DNA from: Bdellovibrionota bacterium
GTDB lineage: Bacteria; Bdellovibrionota_C; UBA2361; OMII01
Assembly (NCBI GenBank): GCA_044345405.1
Contig: JBIJBE010000036.1
Coordinates: 1-39,645 of the forward strand
DNA length: 39,645 bases
Reading direction: 5' to 3'
Shown: one piece after another, positions 19,176-28,319 of the stretch
Layout of the letters: every line of letters starts with the position of its first letter
How positions within the stretch are numbered: the first letter of the stretch is position 1
Notes under the pieces: generated by a model
What the model saw: the letters and a program-made list of their open reading frames with translations, nothing else
Databases searched by the model: none
Told to the model about the DNA's origin: nothing
Position numbers and translations under genes: made by a program

Positions 19176-19186
19176 GGCGAGGACCT

Positions 19187-19942
19187 TTAAGATATCCCCG
19201 GTCGCTCGTCTTTCCCGAAATAGATCTCCTGCAACCGCGCGTCGTTCCGTACACGTTCCGGCGTGCCATCGAGAACCACTCGTCCTTCTTCAAGAACAAC
19301 GATTCGATCACAAAACTTCTGAATGAAGGTGATGTCGTGCTCGATAATGAGCACGGTCTTTCCAAGTGCTTGAAGATTCTTGATGCTTCGCGCGATATCC
19401 TCTTTCATGCGAGGAGACACACCCGCGGTAGGTTCATCGAGGAGGAAAAGCTCCGCGCCTAACGCGAGTGTGCGGACAATTTCGAGAAGTCTCATTTGTC
19501 CGCCCGAGAGGGACCCTGCTTTATCATGAGCTTTCTTCTCAAGCCCCACGTCGCGAAGAAACCCAAGAGCTTGTTCCGTTATCTCTCGTGTTCTTTTCGA
19601 CCACGGAAAGATCCCCGCGGATTGATCGCGACGGGACTCGATCGCTACCTGAATATTCTCAAGCAGCGTCATTTCGCGGAATATCCCGAAGTTCTGGAAG
19701 ACACGACCGAGTCCTCGCCGAGCGCGGAGATATGGTTCGAGGGTATCGATACGTTCTCCTCGCAGCGATATCGTTCCCTTATCTCGAGGCGCGAACCCTG
19801 AGATACAGTTGAAGAGTGTGGTCTTTCCACTTCCGTTAGGTCCGATGACACCGACCGTTTCGCCCGCCGCTACGGAGCATGAGATGCCGTTCAGGACGCT
19901 TGTGCCCTGAAATGAAACAAATATCTCTGAAAGTTCGAGCAT
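19187..19942 (-). CDS. livG: Branched-chain amino acid ABC transporter ATP-binding protein (LivG-type)
   Basis: Walker A GPNGSGKTT, 'RVFQN', LSGGQ signature, 'LLDEPTAG' and 'IEHD'; start moved to ATG 19942. Confidence 0.85.
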   Translation of the reverse strand: MLELSEIFVSFQGTSVLNGISCSVAAGETVGVIGPNGSGKTTLFNCISGFAPRDKGTISLRGERIDTLEPYLRARRGLGRVFQNFGIFREMTLLENIQVAIESRRDQSAGIFPWSKRTREITEQALGFLRDVGLEKKAHDKAGSLSGGQMRLLEIVRTLALGAELFLLDEPTAGVSPRMKEDIARSIKNLQALGKTVLIIEHDITFIQKFCDRIVVLEEGRVVLDGTPERVRNDARLQEIYFGKDERPGIS

Positions 19943-19944
19943 GG

Positions 19945-20841
19945 CTACACCGTTCGTCGTTGAGGAAAAAGTTTGTCGCGCTTCCACCACACCACTAGGA
20001 AGAGGATCAAGGCGTGAAGCAGCTGGCGCATCGGTCCGAGATACGCGGAGCTGATATCGAGGAATCTCAGGGGTTCAGGTAGGAGCACTAAGAAGGCGGT
20101 CGCTCCGATAACACCCCAGAACGAACCAGGACTCCCCACGATAACGATCGTCAAGATGAACACCATCTCGCCGACTCCGAACGATGATGGGTCGACGTAA
20201 TTCAAGTAGTACGCGAAGAAGCTTCCCGCCAATCCAGCGAACGCCGAGGAAACACAGAAAGCGATATTTCGAGTTCTGCGAGTGTTCTTTCCCAGTGAGG
20301 CCGCGGCCCGCTCGAACTCCGCCAGCGATCTCAGTGAGCGGCCGAAGGGGCTTCTGTAGAGGAGGTACAAGACGACTTGAGTCAGGACGGCGGCGATGCC
20401 GATAAGCGCGAGAAAATTCGCGTTTTGATAAAAGTCGATGCCGAAGAGCTCCGGTCGCGGAATACCTGGCACGCCGAGAACTCCGTGCGTCACGCTCTTC
20501 CAGTTAATGAGGAGCGCGGAGATGACAGAGCTAAACGCGAGCGTTCCGATGGCGAAGTAATCAGTTGAAAGTCGTAACGCGATGACACCAAGCAGAAGGG
20601 CAAAGAGGGCGCTCACGGTAACGCTCGAGGCGACGCACACCCCGAATGTCGCCCCATAGTCCGTGGATAACAGCGCTGTGGCGTAGGCCCCCACGGCGTA
20701 CGACGCGACGTGCGCGAGGTTAAAGAGCTGCCCCAGTCCGAAGGTGAGGTTTAAACTTTGGGCCAGTAGTAGATAGAGCGACACCAGGATGGCGAGGTGG
20801 ACGCCGTAATCCGAGGTGATGATCTCGAGGATGGATGTCAT
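19945..20841 (-). CDS. livM: Branched-chain amino acid ABC transporter permease (LivM-type)
   Basis: 'SLNLTFGLGQLFNLAH', 'DYFAIGTLAF', 'SPFGRSLR' and 'LLPEPLRF'. Confidence 0.88.
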   Translation of the reverse strand: MTSILEIITSDYGVHLAILVSLYLLLAQSLNLTFGLGQLFNLAHVASYAVGAYATALLSTDYGATFGVCVASSVTVSALFALLLGVIALRLSTDYFAIGTLAFSSVISALLINWKSVTHGVLGVPGIPRPELFGIDFYQNANFLALIGIAAVLTQVVLYLLYRSPFGRSLRSLAEFERAAASLGKNTRRTRNIAFCVSSAFAGLAGSFFAYYLNYVDPSSFGVGEMVFILTIVIVGSPGSFWGVIGATAFLVLLPEPLRFLDISSAYLGPMRQLLHALILFLVVWWKRDKLFPQRRTV

Positions 20842-21731
20842 GCTACCCTCGCCCGAGTTCCGAAGAGTCCATGTGGCCTTAGCAGGAGAACTCCAAGGAT
20901 AACTATGAACGCGAACGCGTCCTTGTAGCCAGCAGGTAGTGAGTATCCCCAGAAATCGAGACCGATAGAGAGGTTCTCAATCAGCCCAAGTATGAACGCT
21001 CCCGCGATGGTTCCCCAGATATTGCCGAGTCCTCCAAGGACCATCGCCGCGAACGCTTTAATCGAGTAGGAGCTTCCCATCGTTGGTTGAATGTTCGTCT
21101 CGTATCCCACGAGAATCCCCGCGTACGCGCCAAGAAGCGTTCCAAGGATGCACACTCCGTACGTAAGAACATTGGCGGAGATCCCCAGGCTCTCGGCGGC
21201 CGCCCGGTTCTCGGCGATCGCTCGCAATTTTCGACCCAGGCTTGTTTGGTGCATGATGAATCCTAAGCAGCCAAGGATAACGAGCGCTGACGCGATGATA
21301 AAATTTTGCAGCGGGGTGATGTAGACACCGTACACTTCCATACTTTCGGAACCCACCGATGATGGAAACGAGCGGACATTGACGCCGAATACCATCGAGA
21401 CGAGCGACTCCAGCATCGTGCCGAGCGCGATCGTGGTGATAAATGGCAGAAGGGCGCTCGCTTTCATGAACGGAAGTACAAAGATTCGAAGGGTGACGAA
21501 TCCAAGAACCGTCATGCAGAGCGCTGAACAGAGAATCGCCGTAAGGAAGGGAAGCTCAAGTTGGACGTGGAACAGTAAGAACGTATAGGCCCCAACCATC
21601 ATGATGTGGCCGTGCGCGAAGTTTAAAATCCGCAGTAACCCATAGGTGAGCGCCAGTCCGGCGCTCGCCAAGGCGTAGATGCTCCCCGTGATGAGAGAGT
21701 TGACCAACAGTTGCGGCAGGATTGAGAGCAT
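20838..21731 (-). CDS. livH: Branched-chain amino acid ABC transporter permease (LivH-type)
   Basis: 'GSIYAL', 'LNFAHG', 'KAFAAMVLGGLG' and 'RPHGLFG'; start moved to ATG 21731; ATGA overlap with livM. Confidence 0.9.
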   Translation of the reverse strand: MLSILPQLLVNSLITGSIYALASAGLALTYGLLRILNFAHGHIMMVGAYTFLLFHVQLELPFLTAILCSALCMTVLGFVTLRIFVLPFMKASALLPFITTIALGTMLESLVSMVFGVNVRSFPSSVGSESMEVYGVYITPLQNFIIASALVILGCLGFIMHQTSLGRKLRAIAENRAAAESLGISANVLTYGVCILGTLLGAYAGILVGYETNIQPTMGSSYSIKAFAAMVLGGLGNIWGTIAGAFILGLIENLSIGLDFWGYSLPAGYKDAFAFIVILGVLLLRPHGLFGTRARVA

Positions 21732-21737
21732 GGTGTG

Positions 21738-21766
21738 AGTGTAGCGAGGAGTGCCTGATGTGTCAT
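21738..21766 (-). promoter_or_regulatory. Sigma70-type promoter giving a leaderless livH transcript
   Basis: Minus strand ATGACA-N17-TACACT-N6-ATG(21731); no SD sequence. Confidence 0.55.
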
Positions 21767-21939
21767 CGAGGAAGTCGCGACCCGCGGCAACGTGGTTTGG
21801 GATGCATGATATTTTGCGTGCAGGTTGAGATAACTGGGAGCTGTCCTCTAAAGACTCGCTAACTTTGCACGGAAGACGTTGGTCGAGAACACGTACGTGC
21901 CCTTTGGGACCTCTCAATCATTAGGGGAGCCTTTCGGCC

Positions 21940-23460
21940 TTACTTCTGTTTGCACACATCTGTTTTGCTGCATTCGCGGATAAGAGTATTGAGCTCCGAG
22001 CGGACCGCGTTTATCGTACTCGCGGTTGCTCCTCCGCGCGATGGCGCTGGAAGTGTGGAGATTCCCAGGGATTTGTAGCACTTTTTAACCTGCTTCGCGG
22101 CCGATGCAGCTTCAGTTTCCAAAATCCTAAATTCCGGGGCAAGAGCCCTCACCTCGTCGGCATACGAGACGGTAACGCATTTTCCGCTGCAGACCTCAAT
22201 TCCGCGTCTGAAGATAGTCTGAGCGCTTTTGGCGATTGCCTTATATGCCGAGCCGATTCTCTTCGTCGAGGATGTAAAGCTTATCCCGCATTTTCGTGTT
22301 TTGGCGCGGCGTACGTCAGCTTCATATCGACCGCGAAGGCGCCCAGCCTTTTCAACCAGGCTTTTTTCAAAGTTAAGGATTTTGAGCGTCGGTTTTACGA
22401 GGGGGCATCCATTTATTCCAACGGTGCAATCCTCGATCCGTATGGTCTTGCCGTTGCACACCCCACAGACATCGCGATAATCGATATAGGAGTACGGAGC
22501 CGGTGCATTAAGACAGGTGCCGCATTTGTCGAATGTTCCAGTTGGGAATCGGAAAAAAGTCTCGCCAGGACACAGTCCACATCCATCCTGAATCTTATTT
22601 GATTCGTACGAGTAACCTGCGGGGCCCGCCCTGCAAATACCGCATCTATCCTTCCCCTTATGTGCGTCCGCGCTTTCATGACAGACCGAGCACTCATCGA
22701 TAGCGCGGCCGGTTGCGTCTGGCACGGACGAGCATCTGCCATTTGTCAAAAATGGCGCGAGGATGATGTCGGGCGCACGCGCGTTAAGGTCGCCTCGAAA
22801 GCTCAGGGATATGGCTCCTACCCGAGTGATATCCACCGCTCCGCCCGAGCCAATCGTTGACGTCGTGGCGAAGCTCGTCCCGGATGGTGCGGGTACCGTC
22901 GAGCTGCCGGGAGTGGCGAACATCGTGAACGGAACGGTGATGTAGAACGGGGAGACGTCGGCATAGAATTGATCGAGGGTTATCGCTACCTCTGAAAATC
23001 GAGAGCCATCTGAAGTTGACGCGTCATACAGCCGGAGTTGTAACTGCACAGGTTGATTTGACGGATAGTCGAAGAACATTAACCCTATCTTGAAAGCTGT
23101 ACCGAGATCCTGTGTGAGGTCGATAGCGCCCAATCCATTAGGTTTAATTGTTGACGGATCGGTGTCTCCGTCCCAAACAACTGAGGCGAATCCAGCATGA
23201 GCGCCCTGTGTATATCCTATCGATGAATCGACGATTTCAAGTCGTGATACCCCCGTTCCGGGTCCTGACTTGGTCGCTGAGAGGGATCGTCCTCCCCCAA
23301 TAGCGTGGGAAGTGGGGAGGTGTAGCACCCTGGTGGCGCCGACCGTGGATGTGGAGGAGATCAATCCGTCGTCGATGAAAGCATCAAGAGTCAACGCGCT
23401 AGCGGACCGTGTGAGCACGATCGCTGCCGCAAGCGAGAACGCGAATCGGAGGATACTCAT
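21940..23460 (-). CDS. Secreted Cys-rich protein with five DxCGxC-type repeats
   Basis: Signal peptide ending ASA/LTLD; beta-rich N-terminal domain; repeats DECSVC, DRCGIC, DGCGLC, DKCGTC and DVCGVC; basic helical Cys-containing C-terminal domain. Confidence 0.75.
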   Translation of the reverse strand: MSILRFAFSLAAAIVLTRSASALTLDAFIDDGLISSTSTVGATRVLHLPTSHAIGGGRSLSATKSGPGTGVSRLEIVDSSIGYTQGAHAGFASVVWDGDTDPSTIKPNGLGAIDLTQDLGTAFKIGLMFFDYPSNQPVQLQLRLYDASTSDGSRFSEVAITLDQFYADVSPFYITVPFTMFATPGSSTVPAPSGTSFATTSTIGSGGAVDITRVGAISLSFRGDLNARAPDIILAPFLTNGRCSSVPDATGRAIDECSVCHESADAHKGKDRCGICRAGPAGYSYESNKIQDGCGLCPGETFFRFPTGTFDKCGTCLNAPAPYSYIDYRDVCGVCNGKTIRIEDCTVGINGCPLVKPTLKILNFEKSLVEKAGRLRGRYEADVRRAKTRKCGISFTSSTKRIGSAYKAIAKSAQTIFRRGIEVCSGKCVTVSYADEVRALAPEFRILETEAASAAKQVKKCYKSLGISTLPAPSRGGATASTINAVRSELNTLIRECSKTDVCKQK

Positions 23461-23621
23461 GCAGTGGTTTCCTTTGCACGGGAAGGGTATCACTCACCAA
23501 CCGGGCCAACAACCGGCAATCATGAGATGAATCAGACGTGTGACATCTCATCACGAGGAGGATGTGGTGATAGACTTTTGATGGAAACGTTCGCCGGTAG
23601 GGGCGCACATCCCCTCCGTCC

Positions 23622-25043
23622 TCAATGGCCCTGATAATACTTGAATATATCCTGCGGAACCGCGATGAATCCTTCCGCGGGCAACTGCTCAAGTTTCGCG
23701 AGCGCTCCCATAAAGGAGCTGTACTGCTCAAGGGGAACAACGGAGCCATCTCGCTGTAGCACTTTAATCGCCGTTTTGAGGTCCTTTTTGAGGTTTACCG
23801 GTGCCGGTTGAGCTTCGAAATAGAAGTAATTCGGATCGAGTGTAGAGCTCTCCACCATCTTCTTCAGGGCATCTCGATTCTCATCGATCAGCTCAAAGTG
23901 TCTAAAGGGCTGACGTCGGAGTACCCGCTGAGAGAGCTCTCGAAGGGTCGTGTCCTCACTGCGAGCCCATTGCATCAGATGGTATTCCCACCACGGTTCG
24001 ATCATTTCAAGAACAGTCTCCCCTGAAAGCTCAAATCCGTTCTTTGCTCCTAGAACCTGATCCATCACCGCATCACAAAACGTAAGCTCCCCCGCTTGGT
24101 GAAGCTCCCGCGCGCGCTGTCCGATCTTCTCCTGCATGTACTCGCCGATTCTGCACGTCGGGTGGCGGTAAACGTTGCGGTAGAGATTCGCTCGAGAGGT
24201 AAAGAACGGCTCAAGCGCGGCTACACCGTTTTGTCGTATGACAAACTCTCCAGCGTTCGAGATAGTGAGGTATTTTCTGATGATAGCCAGATCGTAGTGA
24301 CCGTATTGCACACCCGTGAAGAGCCCGTCTCGTCTAACCCAATCTCCCCGATCGGTATTCCACCCACCCGCCGTGATAACTTGCCAGGTCCATCTCGGCA
24401 CAGATGGGTCTTCCGCGACAACCTTATCCAGCTTCTCAGCTCCCTCGATGCCGAGGCATCGCTCCAGGGCGGAGCGAAAGCCGGGGTCGCTCTTTATGAG
24501 TTGATGGGACATCGCCTCGTGGGCGTCCGCTTGTCCTGGAAACCACACCCGATGCGCGACGTGTGATCCCGGCGCGATGTGTCCGATATCGTGTGTCATT
24601 GCGAACGCCACAACAGCTGGACCCCACTCGGCGATCTCAGCGCGGAGTTTAGGGCTTACGTTGTAGCTGATGTTTTCCAAGATGTCGGCAGTCAGGCAGG
24701 CCGAACCGAGGACATGACCGAATCGGGGTTGCAGCGCGTCGGGGTAGACCCAATATGCCGTTGAGAGCTGTCCGATCTTCTTCATCCTCTGGATCGCTGG
24801 GGTATCCATGAGGTCCATGATCGGTCTGTGCAGAGGATTGCCGCGATTGAGGTCGATGCCGTGAACTGGGTCAGTTGCCGAACGGATAAGTCGTACCTGA
24901 TCCTGCTTGCCGGCGAATTCGAGATACTGTTGTCTCGCCTGAAATTGCTCCTGCTCCAGCTTGGCGGAGATACCGAAAACCGCGGAGCTTGTTCGGTGCG
25001 GATGTTGCGGAGGGGCGTGCTCCTGAGATGTATCTGGATTCAT
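23622..25043 (-). CDS. HD-domain phosphohydrolase, SAMHD1/YdhJ-like (putative dNTP triphosphohydrolase)
   Basis: 'DPVHG', 'QRMKKIGQL', 'RFGHVLG', 'HDIGH', 'HEAMS', 'DRGDWVRRD' and 'YRNVYRH'. Confidence 0.85.
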   Translation of the reverse strand: MNPDTSQEHAPPQHPHRTSSAVFGISAKLEQEQFQARQQYLEFAGKQDQVRLIRSATDPVHGIDLNRGNPLHRPIMDLMDTPAIQRMKKIGQLSTAYWVYPDALQPRFGHVLGSACLTADILENISYNVSPKLRAEIAEWGPAVVAFAMTHDIGHIAPGSHVAHRVWFPGQADAHEAMSHQLIKSDPGFRSALERCLGIEGAEKLDKVVAEDPSVPRWTWQVITAGGWNTDRGDWVRRDGLFTGVQYGHYDLAIIRKYLTISNAGEFVIRQNGVAALEPFFTSRANLYRNVYRHPTCRIGEYMQEKIGQRARELHQAGELTFCDAVMDQVLGAKNGFELSGETVLEMIEPWWEYHLMQWARSEDTTLRELSQRVLRRQPFRHFELIDENRDALKKMVESSTLDPNYFYFEAQPAPVNLKKDLKTAIKVLQRDGSVVPLEQYSSFMGALAKLEQLPAEGFIAVPQDIFKYYQGH

Positions 25044-25233
25044 GATTCCCGCGACAAAGTCATAGTTCGTCGTTCAACACATGGGGGAGAGCGCGAACCG
25101 CTAGAAAGGTAGTCGAGCAAGATATGTTTGTGAAGGAAAAAGTGGCGAGCTTCAACCGAACAGGTACGAGGATACCCTACCGCCCAGAGGGGGGCGTGGA
25201 GATTTGCGCCCTTGCGGTCTGATCGTGAGGAGG

Positions 25234-25242
25234 TGGTATACT
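25234..25242 (+). promoter_or_regulatory. Extended -10 element upstream of the Cys/His-rich lipoprotein gene
   Basis: TG-G-TATACT, about 40 nt upstream of ATG 25282. Confidence 0.45.
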
Positions 25243-25281
25243 GATTCGGTCAGATTCGACCATTCTATGTCAGAGGTACCT

Positions 25282-25509
25282 ATGATTACTCGAACTCTTC
25301 TTGCTCTCGTGTGCGCGGCTAGTTTTGTGGCGTGTTCGACCGGCGCGAAGCCCTCTCCTGAGAAGGCAGCGTGTGGACATGAGTGCACATGCCCATCATC
25401 AAGTTGCTCCTGTGAAGGATGTAACAGCCATAAGGGTGGTGAGGGATGCACTTGTGGTGATGCTCATGGAGCTCCCGCCGCGGATAAGGCTGGGCACTCC
25501 TGTCACTAA
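25282..25509 (+). CDS. Small Cys/His-rich, metallothionein-like lipoprotein
   Basis: AGAGGT RBS; 75 aa; lipobox FVAC (Cys18); mature part has 9 more Cys and 5 His and no aromatic residues; own promoter and terminator. Confidence 0.72.
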   Translation: MITRTLLALVCAASFVACSTGAKPSPEKAACGHECTCPSSSCSCEGCNSHKGGEGCTCGDAHGAPAADKAGHSCH

Positions 25510-25514
25510 CACCG

Positions 25515-25560
25515 AAAAAAGGAGCCGAGGCCACTACTAGCCCTCGGCTCATTTTGTTTT
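25515..25560. terminator. Bidirectional Rho-independent terminator between the convergent lipoprotein gene and polA
   Basis: AAAAAAG-GAGCCGAGG-N11-CCTCGGCTC-ATTTTGTTTT. Confidence 0.8.
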
Positions 25561-25574
25561 CCGTTCGGTTGTCC

Positions 25575-28313
25575 TTACGCCTGCGCTTCGGTCCAGGTCT
25601 TTCCACTTCCAGCGTCAACTTTCAGCGGTACTGAGAGCTGCATAACGCCTTCCATCGCTTCTTGGACGGATCGCATCAACTGCTCGTTCTCGCTCGCCCC
25701 TCTATCGGTCGCTTCAATCAAAAGTTCATCGTGAATTTGCAAGATAAGTTTCGCATCGAGCCCAGATGAACGGAGCATCGAATCAACCTTAATCATCGCG
25801 AGCTTTATAATATCCGCGGCGGAGCCTTGGAGTGGGGCGTTAATGGCGGCCCGCATCGCGAAGCCTGAATCACGACCGCTCGTGTCGATGGCGCTGATAA
25901 CACGCTTTCGTCCGTAGATGGTTTGAACCTCTCCGTTCGACATCGCCGCGTCCTCAAGCTTCGCGAAGTACTCCTTCACGCGCGGATACCGAGCGAAGTA
26001 ATTGTTGATGTAGGTGGTCGCCTGATGAACGGGTATGCCAAGCTCTCGACTGAGTCGGAACGCCCCCATGCCGTACACGATGCCGAAGTTAATCGTCTTA
26101 CCGATCCTTCGAATCTCATCCGACACCTCATCAAACGCGCCGAGCCCCATGATCTCACGGGCGGTGTTGGCGTGAATGTCGGTGCCCGCGTTGAAGGCCG
26201 CGATCATGTTCTTGTCGCCGCTTAGGTGCGCGAGGAGTCGAAGCTCGATTTGAGAGTAGTCGGCCGCGATGAAGATCTTTCCTGGCTCTGGAACGAACGC
26301 GGAACGGATGCGTCGCCCCGCCTCACTCTGAACGGGGATGTTCTGTAGGTTCGGGTCAGAGCTCGAGAGTCGACCGGTGCTGGTGATGGTTTGATTGAGT
26401 CGGGTATGAACACGTCCCGTTTTTGGATTGATGACCTGCGCGAGCGCGTCGGTGTAGGTCGACTTCAATTTGTGTAACGAGCGGTACTCAAGGATGATCG
26501 CCGGAAGTGGATGTATCTCCGCCAACTTCTCAAGCACGGACGAATCGGTTGAGAAGCCGGTCTTTGTCTTCTTTACTCCCTTGGTCGAAATCCCGAGTTT
26601 GTCGAAGAAGATCTCAGCGAGCTGTTTGGTGGAGTTAATGTTGAACTCCTGTCCCGCGTGCGCGTAGATCTGCTTCTCAAGCTCCGCGAGCTGGGTCGCG
26701 AATTGAGCGGACATCGATTCGAGAGTTTTGGCGTCTACCTTTACGCCCTCGCGTTCCATGCGAGCGAGCACGGGAACGAGTGGAACCTCAAGCTGCTCAA
26801 ATACTTTGGTGAGTCCCTCCTCCTCAAGACGGGGTCCGAGGATGCCCTTTAAGAGCCACGCGTAGTGCGCGTCTTGGCACGCGTATTGGGTCGCAGCATC
26901 GATCGATACGCCCGAGAATTTCTCCGCGCCATCCGTGACCTCATCGTACTCGATCACGGGGAGGTTCAAGAACTCCTCGGCGAGCGCGGTAAGGTTAAAG
27001 CTTCGACTATCAGGGTTCAGCAGATACGCCGCCACCATCGTGTCGAACGCTACCCCGTCCACGGCGAGGCCGTGTAACTCAAGGATGCTGATGTCGTACT
27101 TGATGTTTTGTCCGCTCTTCTTGACCTCTGGATTCGCGAAGTGACGCTCTGTGTTTTCGACGAAGGTCCTCCACGCAACCTGTCCTTCGGCGTCCTTGTG
27201 TCCAACTGGAATGTAGTACGCGGTCTTGTCGTCCCAGCACACGGAGATCCCGACGATATCGGCGTTGTGAATCTCAAGCGCGGTGGTCTCTAAATCGAAG
27301 GCGAAATCTTTCTGTTGAAGAAACTCCTCGCACCACAGTGGGAAGTCGGCGGCGAGGATCGTTTTATAGGTGTAGTTTTCGCTTGTTTTAGGACGAGCGG
27401 CGGCGCCGAGGATGTTTTTGAACTCTTTGAAGAGCGTGGTGAATTCGAAGCGATTAAAGAGCTCTCCGAGGTGCTCGGCGTCAACGTCACGCTTCGAGAG
27501 GAGTTCGTCGATGTTATCGCCGTCCCCTGAGATCTCTTGGAGGGGAACCTTGCTATCGACCTCAACGAGTCTGCGCGAGAGTCGAAGCTGATCGAGGTTC
27601 GCCTCAATAGTCTCCGCGATCTTTTTACGATTACGGATCTCGGCGTCGTTCTTGATCGCATCGATGTTCGAGATCACCCCTTCGACATCGTGATATTTGA
27701 CGATAAGTTGCGTGGCGGTCTTTGGACCGACGCCATCAACGCCGGGAACGTTGTCTGACGTGTCTCCCGTAAGGGCGAGGATCTCTGTGACCTGCGTTGG
27801 GCCTACTCCAAACTTCTCCACTACCTCCGGCGCTTTGTAGTGCTTGTCCTTCATCGTATCCCAGATGGTGACGTGGTCGTTCACAAGCTGCATGAGGTCT
27901 TTGTCACCTGAGACGATCACGACATCTTTTTTCTGCGCTACGAGCTTCGCGGTAAGGGTCGCGATGATGTCGTCCGCCTCATAGCCAGGAGCCTCGAGCA
28001 CGGGAAGTCCGATTGCTTTAGAGAGCTCTCGGAAATAGGGCATCTGCTGCACGAGCTCGGGTGGACACTCCTCTCGATTCGCTTTGTATTCGGGGTAGAG
28101 CTCGTTGCGGAAGGTCTTTCGCCCCGCGTCGAAAATAATAGCAACCTTGGATGAATTCGCCGTGGCGATGGTCTTCAACACCATCTTGAGGAACCCGAAG
28201 AGCGCGTTCGTTGGAAAGCCATCCTTGGTGCTCAAGCGTTGAATCGCGTAGAAGGCGCGGAAGATGTAGCCAGAGCCATCGATGAGGTAGGTGGTTTCGT
28301 GCGGTTGCGTCAT
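25575..28313 (-). CDS. polA: DNA polymerase I
   Basis: 5'-3' exonuclease (IDGSGYIFRAF, EADD), intact 3'-5' Exo motifs (FDLET, NIKYD, YACQD) and polymerase motifs (ADYSQIELR, KTINFGIVYG, QIHDEL). Confidence 0.98.
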   Translation of the reverse strand: MTQPHETTYLIDGSGYIFRAFYAIQRLSTKDGFPTNALFGFLKMVLKTIATANSSKVAIIFDAGRKTFRNELYPEYKANREECPPELVQQMPYFRELSKAIGLPVLEAPGYEADDIIATLTAKLVAQKKDVVIVSGDKDLMQLVNDHVTIWDTMKDKHYKAPEVVEKFGVGPTQVTEILALTGDTSDNVPGVDGVGPKTATQLIVKYHDVEGVISNIDAIKNDAEIRNRKKIAETIEANLDQLRLSRRLVEVDSKVPLQEISGDGDNIDELLSKRDVDAEHLGELFNRFEFTTLFKEFKNILGAAARPKTSENYTYKTILAADFPLWCEEFLQQKDFAFDLETTALEIHNADIVGISVCWDDKTAYYIPVGHKDAEGQVAWRTFVENTERHFANPEVKKSGQNIKYDISILELHGLAVDGVAFDTMVAAYLLNPDSRSFNLTALAEEFLNLPVIEYDEVTDGAEKFSGVSIDAATQYACQDAHYAWLLKGILGPRLEEEGLTKVFEQLEVPLVPVLARMEREGVKVDAKTLESMSAQFATQLAELEKQIYAHAGQEFNINSTKQLAEIFFDKLGISTKGVKKTKTGFSTDSSVLEKLAEIHPLPAIILEYRSLHKLKSTYTDALAQVINPKTGRVHTRLNQTITSTGRLSSSDPNLQNIPVQSEAGRRIRSAFVPEPGKIFIAADYSQIELRLLAHLSGDKNMIAAFNAGTDIHANTAREIMGLGAFDEVSDEIRRIGKTINFGIVYGMGAFRLSRELGIPVHQATTYINNYFARYPRVKEYFAKLEDAAMSNGEVQTIYGRKRVISAIDTSGRDSGFAMRAAINAPLQGSAADIIKLAMIKVDSMLRSSGLDAKLILQIHDELLIEATDRGASENEQLMRSVQEAMEGVMQLSVPLKVDAGSGKTWTEAQA

Positions 28314-28319
28314 GCACGG

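Noticed and set aside
25212-25242. MerR-type promoter (TTGCGG-N19-TATACT) for the metallothionein-like gene
   Set aside because: The 19-bp spacing is suggestive, but the spacer has no dyad symmetry and the extended -10 alone explains the promoter.
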